64,000 bases of DNA, taken from assembly GCF_009914755.1 (NCBI RefSeq), contig NC_060927.1, one strand, 5' to 3'. Made by a program: the position numbers and the translations under genes. The DNA comes from the human T2T-CHM13v2.0 reference genome, Homo sapiens. Of the stretch, positions 44,831 to 64,000 are shown piece after piece. Every line of letters begins with the position of its first letter. Position 1 is the stretch's first letter. A model generated the notes under the pieces. That model saw only the letters and a program-made list of their open reading frames with translations, had not been told where the DNA came from and made no database searches.

Positions 44831-45531
44831 GGTAGAAAACCTGACTCTTCGTGTCTTCTGCGTTGCACTGAGGTGGATTTTTACTTTTGTCTTATTTCAA
44901 GCAGAAGTTGCCGCCCTAACTTCCAAATTTGGGGACTGAACATCGTTCACCGAATACACTTTGTGATGGTGAGGATACTTTGGAGTCCACACACATTTTA
45001 AAAGCAGTATAGTTTTACCTATCCGTAAACTCATCAAGTTCAAATGCTACTCTGTGGAGTTTAATTTTTATGGTTTTGTTAATTTACTTTATTACTGCTT
45101 ATAATTATTTGAACTCCCATCCCCCACTGTCTTTTCCTCTAAGCTCCCCCAGGCCTAGTATTCCATCTACAGCACAGTAGAGTTGATCATTAAATAGTGA
45201 CTAAAGTTGAACTGATTATATGAAGGTGATGACTTCAAAATAAACATGCTCAAATGAATATAGTCACCAGAAGTTAAATAATATGATCATAAGGAAACAA
45301 GTTTGTTTCCAAAGGCTTACATGCTTTTTACGTAATTTTTAAAAGTAATGTTGTTTAAGAATTGTTACAAGTTCCATTAGTGACCTGCTAAATTAGGAAT
45401 CTTACCTGGAATTTTTTTCAAATAATAACAGCAAGAACATGTGGTGTTTAACATGTGCCAAACATTGTTTTAAAGCACTTTACAGTATTAATTTATTCTT
45501 TTTATTGAAAAGATTTTGCCTCTAAGGGAAC

Positions 45532-46092
45532 TGTCAAGAGGCATGTGAACCGGAGCAACTCCATCTTAAATAGGAGCTGAGTAAAATGAGGCTGAAACCT
45601 ACTGGGCTGCATTCCCAGGCCGTTAAAGCATTCTAAGTCGCAGAATGAGATAGGAAGTCGGCACAAGATACAGGTCATAAAGACCTTGTTGATAAAACAG
45701 GTTGCAGTAAATAAGCCGGCTAAATCCCACCAAAACCAAGATGGCCATGAAAGAGACCTCTGGTAGTCCTTACTACTATACTCCTATCAGCGCCATGACA
45801 GTTTACGAATGCCATGGCAATGTCAGGAAGTTACCCTATATGGTCTTAAAAGGGGAGGCATGAATAATCCACCTGTTTAGCATATCATCAAGAAATAACC
45901 ATAAAAATGGGCAACCAGCAGCACTCAGGGCTGCTTTGTCTATGGAGTAGCCATTCTTTTCTTCCTTTACTTTCTTTTTTTTTTTCCTTTACTTTCTTAA
46001 CAAACTTGCTTACACTTTGCCCTGAATTCTTTCTTGCTCGAGATCCAAGAACCCTCTCTTGGGGTCTGGATTGGGACCCCTTTCCTATAACA
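45532..46092 (+). mobile_element. MER41A-like ERV1 solo LTR
   Basis: tgtcaagaggc...gagcaactccatctt start, cccctttcctataaca end, 561 bp, TSD gaac/gaat. Confidence 0.85.
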
Positions 46093-46714
46093 GAATTACT
46101 GCTCTATTATTTTATACTTTGCATACTTCACCATCCCACACTAATGACAGTAATTTTTTAAAATGCTTCCTCAAGCCAGGCACTGTGGCTCATGCCAGTA
46201 GTCCCAGCTACTCAGGATGATCGCTTGAGCCCAGTGAGGTTGAGGCTGCAGTGAGCCATGATTGAGACACTGCACTCTAGCCTGGGCCACAGTGAGACCC
46301 TGTCTCATAAAAAAAAAAAAAAAGCTTCCTCAGCCTACTTGCTACCATCCTATTTTTGTCACATACAAAAAGGTTAAAATCAGTATGACATGTGCATGGT
46401 ACTATTTTATTTTATTTTTTTTGTAGAAACAGGTTCTTGCTATGTTCCCAGCACTTGTTTCCAACTCCGGGCCTCAAGTGATCTTCCAGCCTCGGCCTCC
46501 TAAAGTGCTGGGTTTACAGTTGTGAGCCACCACGCCTGGCTATGTGGTGCTATTTTAAACACCTACATATTGAATGGTCATTCAGACTTACAGGAAACCA
46601 GATATGATAAACCTGAACATGAGATTGAGTCTCTCTTACTGTAACAGCCATTCTCAAATAGAATTTCTCTCCAAAATACCAATGTTAGAATTTAAATTTT
46701 CTTTGAGCTGACAT

Positions 46715-48720
<2,006 letters not shown>

Positions 48721-50149
48721 TTGCTAACAATATCAGCAGAATGTAGTATACTGGTTCTCTCATCCAACTGTTAGACCATAATTAAAAGGTGTTGACATTT
48801 TTAATGAATAAATTTTGGCTGTAACTGATCTATATGCTTATGATTTTACAGAAAAGCAGTAGGAAAAGTAGCACCATATAATTAATTATTGAAATCATAG
48901 ACTCTGGAGCCAAACTGCACAAATTAGAATCCCAGCTTTGCCACTTACTTGCCATATGACCTTGAGCAATTTACTTAATCTTTATTTTTAAAAATGGGGG
49001 TGATAATGGCATCCATTTTAAAAGGTTGACTTGATGATAAAGTGTGGGTACACACTTCCTTTTCCAAAATCCTTGGGTCCCTGTGTGTGCCTGAACTTTA
49101 AAAAATAGAATAGATATGCCCATCGTTTAACTTAATACCCGCCCCCCATTGAGTCCTGGGTGAGTACCCCATAATCTCACACAGTATTTCTGCAGCAAAA
49201 TGTATGAGTATTCACACCAAATGAGTTAAAGACTATACATAGCCCTATGTCAGTGCAGTGCAGGCTTTACCACCGAAGTAGATTTAACAGCAAATGTATT
49301 AAAATATATATGGTTTTTAGAGCTTTGTGGATTTCAGAACAATGATTATGGGATTATAATCCTACATAAGTGAATTCCTTACACAGTGTTTGGAACAAAA
49401 TAAGACTATGTTTCCCAAAAAAAGAAAAAAGAAGAAAAGACTATATTTCCTATTACCAACCTGACCACAGATTTTTGAACAACGTATATTTTTAAAAATT
49501 AAGATTGTAATTTTAAAACAGACAAATCAGCATGGCATTTTATAAAAATGGAAGGAATACCTCTATCTACCATGCTGTGCCTATACCTGTAAAAGCAAGA
49601 AGAATGTTTAATATTAAACAAACAGAAAAACCTGCCATTACGTTCTTGTTTAATGTTATTTGCGATTCTAAATATTAAATTTAGGCTACTTGGGAGTAGG
49701 GCAGTGTGGGGAATTCCAGACAGTTCTAAGAGTAAATTCTCTTTACCGTATTTGTGAATTATTGAAGCATTTTGAGTTTTTTTGTTTTGTTTTGAGAAAA
49801 GGTATTTAAGTACTAAGGAGAAATACATTTCATTTCCAGTCTGTCTTACAAAAAGATCTTAATTTGCTAAAAGGTAAAATGCGTATGTATAAAGGCAACA
49901 GATTAAAAGTACTTTAAAGGTTACAGAGCTTAATCCAAGCAATATGAACTCAGAAATAGAGGATAACTTATTTTAACTGTTGTTATTACTTGAATACAGA
50001 AACATAAGACTTTTAGAAGAATGTCTTGATATTGCTTAAGATTAAAAACTGACACAAACTATCCTTACAGTAGTTACCAGCTAGTTATAAGTAAATTCTT
50101 AGCACTGTGTTTTCCGAAAACATATCTTCATTAGAAGATAATGAACTTA

Positions 50150-50438
<289 letters not shown>

Positions 50439-50614
50439 CTACACTTAATACTAATAATGTAACTTATAGAAAATTAGGGCTTCATTTTCTTAAAATATTA
50501 ATCTCAAATGTAAACAAGTTATATTTTCATAAAACAATATTCATTCTTCACTCATTACTATTGACCACTATAAATTTTGTTAAAAATGAAATACACTATT
50601 ACTATTTTAAAATC

Positions 50615-50620
50615 TTTATT
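50615..50620 (-). terminator. TMF1 distal polyadenylation signal AATAAA
   Basis: Plus-strand tttatt at the end of the AU-rich block. Confidence 0.6.
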
Positions 50621-51775
50621 CAATCAGATCCATGCTTATTTACATTACCTTTCATTTAGAATTAAAATATATCAATCTGTAGTTTAAATCATACTTTCAG
50701 CCCTTTACAAAATATGTGATTAAAGTTTTCATGGTTTAAAATGGACCTAGAATATGGAAAATTGGATTCACTTTAATGAAAATGAAAAATTTTGATACAC
50801 TAGAACATAAATGTATACGTACTAAACATACAGTATTAAAACAAGATAAAACATCTACAGTTTTCTTTTTTCTTCTATTTTCTAAATATTATAAATCATA
50901 TACTTTTAATAAGCATTCAAATAAAACTCTCAATAAATGCCAACTGAAGAGATGGAGAAAAAAAATTTCCTGAACATTCTTTTCACTTACTTCACTACAA
51001 ACTTCATGTTTCCTAGGTCAGAAGTTATCCACATTTAGAATATCTTAAGTCACAACATAGATATATTTGGTACATTCCACATGCTAAACACTGTACAACT
51101 GGCAATTCTCAAAAAATAGGTAAAAGAAATGTAAGAAATGGTAGACTCAGTTTAGCCTCCCAAGAATTGGAAGGACATCTACAGTCTGTGCTTAATTGTC
51201 TATAAATGACCAAACAACCTTCCCTTTGTTTACTCATTTTTTTATATTCTTGAAAATGTTATTTGCAGCTTTTTTCTTTCAAGAATGGAAACATCTAATT
51301 GCAAATCATTTTCCTATCCATTAAAATATAAATATTATTTTGCAAGAATATGGGTAGAGATGTTTTAATGACAAACAGCAAAGTATAGCAACGAATATTC
51401 AATAGGTATTCTGCCACCTACTGGAGTTTTTCAAGAAACTGTTTAAGTTCACTTTAACTTACAGAAGTATTGAGAGATCCAAGTGTTTAACAATCAAAAT
51501 ATGATCAGTTTGAGTATCAGCTATTTATTTGTAGATAAAGAGTAATATATGGTAATATGTAACTAGAAACTATGTAACTAGAAATTGTTAATACGGATAA
51601 AAAAAGAATGTTTAATTTTATAAAATTGAAAAGTTTAGGAATGAGTTTTATTGCAATCTTTTCTCTGCAAATGAAGTTTTTTTCTACTAGTGGATATTTT
51701 AAAGGGACTATTTTATAATTCCAAAACGTCTAGTTTCAAATGCTTCAGAGAATTTTGTAACTTAAGTTTCATATA

Positions 51776-52112
51776 GAGTAGTCTCCCCTTATCCACGATT
51801 TTGCTTTCTGTGGTTTCGGTTACTCACGGTCAACCACAGTCTGATTACAGGTGAGTACAGTACAATAAGATATTTTGAGAGAAAGAGACAGACATATCAC
51901 ATTTACATCACTTTTATTACAGTGCACTGTTATAATTGTTCTATTTGCAGTTATTGTTTATCTCTTGCTGTCCCTGATTTATAAATAGAACTTTATCATA
52001 GGTATATATGTATAGGAAAAAACAGTGTATAGAGGTGTCTATACTATCCATGGTTTCAGACGTTCACTGGGGGTCTTGGAACGTATGTCCCATGGGTAAG
52101 AGGGAACTACTA
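51776..52112. mobile_element. MER44A-like (Tigger7-derived) MITE in the TMF1 3'UTR
   Basis: TIRs agtagtctccccttatcc / gggtaagagggaactact, TA flanks, ~337 bp. Confidence 0.8.
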
Positions 52113-52450
52113 TATTTTCTAATTCTATACATTTCTTATTGCTTATCTGTCCTGTCATTCTGCCCTTGAATATTACACACACACAAAAATCAAGCTGACA
52201 AAAAGCTATTAGACTACTTTTTACTACTAAAATGAAGAAAATTAATTTTATGAATCTGGCTCACACTGAAAGAATATTTATTAACACTACCAATCAGAGA
52301 TCCAATGACAGAAACACTGTCTGGAATACAAAAAGAACAAAAAATGAGGTCATTTGAATTGCCCTGAAAAACTCCAAATTCTTCAAGATGGTGTACTTGT
52401 ATCTATATTCTGAAGTACTAGTGTTTTAATTTTAACTAAAAATTAAATAA

Positions 52451-52789
<339 letters not shown>

Positions 52790-53948
52790 TTAAATAACTT
52801 TCAGTAATAAAATGCATCACAATATTTCACAGGTTTAAAACACAACCTGGTTACCTTTTTGAATAAAATAACATTTGGAAGAAGGCATAGCTACTTTTAA
52901 AAGCTATTCTATGCTTTCCTTGTGTTTGAAATTTCAAGAAAAAATAAAATGATAAATCACAAAATTAAAAATGCCAAATTCAAGTTAATTCCTATAATTC
53001 TTCCATTTTGTTATGAATATTCTGTAATATCAAACATTCATTTTTAATGTGCTAAAAATATGGGTTTACAAAATATGAACAGGTAATTTTTAAAGAGTAA
53101 ATTATGTTAAGAACTTTATTATTTTCGATTCATTTTATAGGGTAGTAAAATAATACTTCTTCAAAATCATTTAAATGTTATTGATGCCATTGCAAAATCA
53201 TTATAAATAAATTTTCTCCATTATCCAATCACATCTAGATAACATTGAATATGTACAGGTTTCTCTGGATAGGTACCAAAAGGTACCACATTTTATACAG
53301 ACTTAATTGTGAAAGCTGGGTGAAATAAATTTTCAGATCAAAATTTTTTTTAAGTTTAAATCATTCACTCTTTAAATTTCAGACAGTGTCAGTGTGACTC
53401 TTACTTTTAAAGGAAAAAAATTAGTTTAAAATTTAATAGCCACAGATTTAATAATTTTTTACTTTAACACTTAATGTACATTTTCATGAGCAGTAATTAA
53501 GATATGTTGAAATTTTAAATGTGAAAGATTTCAAAGTTTCAGTATGTTAACATTACTCTTCAAATGTTCTTAATATATATATAAACACTTACAAATTATA
53601 GATACAACTAGTTGTATATCTACAATACATATATGAACACCATTCTTCTTCTCTAGCCATATTTATATGAGGATAAAGTAATAAATCTCTGTGCTATTCA
53701 AGGAAAAAAAATGAATGCTTTAAAAAATAAATCTTTAAAGAATAGTTTCAAAAATAAAGTTCAAATATTGCACAAAATAATTTAACTGTAAATATTACTA
53801 CATAGTGTAAAACAATTTTAAAAAAATTTTTACACTCTACAGTAAATCCCACTTTCTAATTCTATAAAAGAATTTATTGGAAGTCCACATTAAATGTTTA
53901 GATATTAAATGCTTACATTCAGTTTGATGGGAATTCAATTTTCACAAG

Positions 53949-60779
<6,831 letters not shown>

Positions 60780-61009
60780 CTGATTACAGGACAGAAAAAA
60801 AAATCACATACACATACAGCCCAGAGACCAAAATACCAAGTCAATTCTGATTTCAAACATTTAATGATGCAAGTAGCCACACTTAAAACTGATAACTATT
60901 TATTGCCTAAGGCAGGACTGTCTACTGAGACAAATGAACCAATCTTAACTTATACCTGCTTTATCACTCTTTTCCAAAAGTATTTTAATTTCAAAATGGA
61001 GTCATGCAT

Positions 61010-62422
61010 TAAAAGAGTAGTGGATCACCAACACCAAATGGTCCTGGAGCAACTGGACAGCTATATGCAAAAAAACCAAAAAGCCTACACATCACATCAT
61101 TCACGAAAATTAACTCAAAATGGATCATAGACTTATATGTAAAACATGAAACTATAAAACTTTTAGGAAAAAACAGAGGAGAAAGTCTTCAGGATCTAGA
61201 ACAAGGCAGATTTGACACAAAAAGCAAGAGCCATAGAAAGAAAAACTGACAAACTGCTTCAAAATTTTCAACTTTTAAATCTATGTGAAGAGGATGAAAA
61301 GGCAAACTACAGAGTGAGAGCAAATAAATGCAAACCATATATCTAGGATTAGTATCAGGAATATATAACAATCTAGTTAGAAAATGGGTAAACGACATAG
61401 ACAGAAATTTCACCATAGAGAATGTACAAATGGAAAATAAGGACATAAAATGATGTTCAATAACATTAGCCATTAGGGAAAAAATACAAATTAAAATCAT
61501 AATGAGATATCACTACATGCTGTCTGAGTAACTAAAAGAAAAAACAGGGACGACACAAAATGTTGGCAAGGGTGTGAAGAAACCACATTACTCTTACACA
61601 GCCACTTTGTAAACAGTTTGGCATTTTCTTAAAAACACTAAACATGACCTGGCAATTGCACACTTGGGCATTTATCTAGAGAAATGAAAACTTAGGTTCA
61701 CACTAAAACCTGTACATGAATATTCACAGTAGCTTTATCTGTAATAGCCAGAGCTTGGAATCAGCCTGGACGTCCCTTGTGCAGTGAATGGTTAAATATA
61801 CATGGTACATACTATGGAATAACACTCAGCAATAAAAAGACTAAACTACCGATACAAAAACAACTGTGTGAACCTCTTCCTGGGAATTACACTGAGTGAA
61901 AAAAGCCAAACCCAAAATGTCATACACTGTATAATTTTATTTATGTAACATTTTTGAAATGACAGAATTTTAGAAACAGAGGACAGATTAGTGATTGCCA
62001 GAGATTTGGGACAAGGGAGGAAGGGTTGAGAGAGTGGTAGGTGTGTTTCCAAAAGGGTAACATTAAGAGTGATTATTTTCAGCTAAGAAAAAAAGAAAAA
62101 AAGCTAACAGGAAGGACTCAATAGTGTTGGAACTGTTCAATATCTTGACTATGGTAATGGATATGTGGTATAGTTGTTTAGAACTTAATACACACACACA
62201 CACACACATACACAAATGAGTACCAATAAAACTTTGGAAATCTGAATAAAATCAGTAGATTGTATCAATGTCAATACCATGGTTGTGATATTATACATTA
62301 ATTTTGTAAGATTTTAATACTTGGAGATATTAGGCAATGTGTACAAAGGACCTTTCTATATTATTTCTTATAACTGCACATGAATCTACATTATATCAAT
62401 AAAAATTTTCAATTGAAAAAAA
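61010..62422 (+). mobile_element. Old L1 (L1M) 3' fragment, antisense to TMF1
   Basis: ORF2-end motifs aaaattaactcaaaatggatcatagac, cattagggaaa...caaattaaaa, and an L1M 3'UTR with A-rich end. Confidence 0.8.
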
Positions 62423-63385
62423 GAGCAATGGGTAAGATTCTGAGATTTAACCTAGGTAAGAATTCTTGTATTTTTTCTCCACCAAAGTAGAGCTAGTAAT
62501 ACCTCTATTTCACATTTTACACTCTGCTCCACAGCATAGCTATGGTCTTTTTAATAGCATTCCTTGGTATGTTTGTCCTGTGGCTTTGCCTATATGCTAG
62601 CACAATACCACATATTGCTGAGGGTATGTAGACTTCAGTCTAAAAACCACAAAAGTACCAGTTTCTAGCATTCATTTATTGCTAAATATTTATTTCAAAA
62701 GATATCATTTTCAGATGTCTCATATTTCACAGCACATTGCTCTCAAAAGCTGTCAGAGATAAACGACAGACCTAACATTTATACCTATAAATTTAAATAT
62801 ATATGAAGGTTTATCTAATTCAGTTCATTTTTTTAAGTAAATGAATCTTTTTCTAGACCAAATCTTTCATGGAACTCCAATTAAAAAAAGATAGACAAAG
62901 GAGGCCCTATTTTCATTAAAGCAGCTAGAGAAGCCCAGCCTCTTATTTATCAAGCTTCCCTCTCACCATGACAGCAGCCCCAAAGGTATCTAAGAGTCCA
63001 CTGAATACTATTTGAAAGTCACTAATCTAGTTCACCCCCCCGATTCACAAGGAATAGCACAGAGATAGTTGGAACAATATAAGTGACTTGTTCCACACTG
63101 TTTTGCTGGATGATTCAAAACAGAATACCCTGAGTCCATGTCTCCTGACTCATATTTAGGTCTGATTTTATCACTACACTGTGATTTCTCAAATTACATT
63201 TAGTGTCAGGCGTAGAAGGCATACATGAATTTTTCATGAATTTGCTAGCTTCTGGGATACCTATAATATACATACACTAGCTGTCTGTGCTTGAAGGGAA
63301 ACATTTTAGAATAATACTTTTCTTTTTATTAACATCACAGAAGGGCAACCTGGGGCATGACTGTAAAGAAGCAGAATATGGAATC

Positions 63386-63683
63386 TTTTTTTTTTTTTTT
63401 TGAGATGCAGTCTCGCTCTGTCACCCAGGCTGGAGTGCTGTAGCGCAATCTCAGCTCACTGCAGCCTCTGCTTCCCAGGTTCAAGGGATTCTTTGCCTCA
63501 GCCTCCCAAATAGCTGGGATTACAGGCATGCGCCATGACACCCAGCTGATTTTTGTATTTTTGGTAGAGACGGGGGTCTCATCATGTTGGCCAGGCTGGT
63601 CTTGAACTCCTGGCGTCAAGTGATCCACCCGCCTAGGCCTCCCAAAGTGCTAGGATTACAGGTGTGAGCCACCGCGCCCTGCC
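63386..63683 (-). repeat. Alu
   Basis: Reverse Alu; TSD agaatatggaatctt. Confidence 0.9.
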
Positions 63684-63877
63684 AGAATATGGAATCTTAA
63701 GACTCCCTAGTATGTCTCTTCTAAGGTCGATCTTGACTCTCCTTAGACCTATTTTCGCTCTTGGAATTCTACCAGTGATGAGAATCATATATGATCTCTA
63801 CCTCCTACACTACTGCAGACAAGCTACAAAGGGGTCAGATTTAGCAATGGACAAGAAAAAAAAATCGAGTGCAGCAG

Positions 63878-64000
63878 TCTACTAAAAATACAAAAAATTA
63901 GCCAGGCATGGTGGCAGACGCCTGTAATCCCAGCTACTCAGGAGGCTGAGGCAGGAGAATTGTGTGAACCTGGGAGGCGGAGCTTGCAGTGAGCCGAGAT
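63878..64000 (+). repeat. 5'-truncated AluY-type fragment running off the window edge
   Basis: ggaggcggagcttgcagtgagccgagat. Confidence 0.8.

Noticed and set aside
44800-46100. Divergent lncRNA gene from the EOGT promoter
   Set aside because: Plausible, and I recall one being annotated, but exon boundaries cannot be supported from sequence alone, so it is not listed as a feature.
51776-52112. MITE hairpin as a miRNA precursor
   Set aside because: Only short degenerate TIRs ~300 bp apart; no compact pre-miRNA stem is evident.
60780-64000. Further upstream TMF1 exon
   Set aside because: No coiled-coil frame with splice sites found; the region is L1/Alu intron and the next exon lies outside the window.

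Overview
Human/primate genomic DNA, recognised from the spliced translations as the EOGT-TMF1 locus (chr3p14). Both genes are on the minus strand. EOGT (ER-luminal EGF-domain O-GlcNAc transferase) is complete: I traced 15 coding exons with GT-AG boundaries from ATG 40607 to TAA 8373 (1584 nt, 527 aa ending KHDEL), a ~2.4-kb 3'UTR to ~5970, candidate 5'UTR exons and a CpG-island promoter at ~43.8-44.8 kb. The last 7 coding exons of TMF1 (60779 to stop 53949) and its ~3.35-kb 3'UTR end ~6 kb upstream of the EOGT promoter. The rest is repeat-rich: about 30 Alus, a full-length THE1 provirus nested in an Alu, a MER41A solo LTR, and L1/L2/MLT/MER fossils. Most ORF-track entries are Alu-, LTR- or CpG-island-derived noise. 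I cannot support a new gene or a new multi-component system. The best lead is an inverted Alu pair that brackets three phase-0 EOGT exons (252 nt, containing the DYD motif), predicting in-frame triple skipping and a stop-free circRNA. Several templated-insertion or duplication scars are also visible. Repeat family names and boundaries come from recalled consensus sequences and are approximate.
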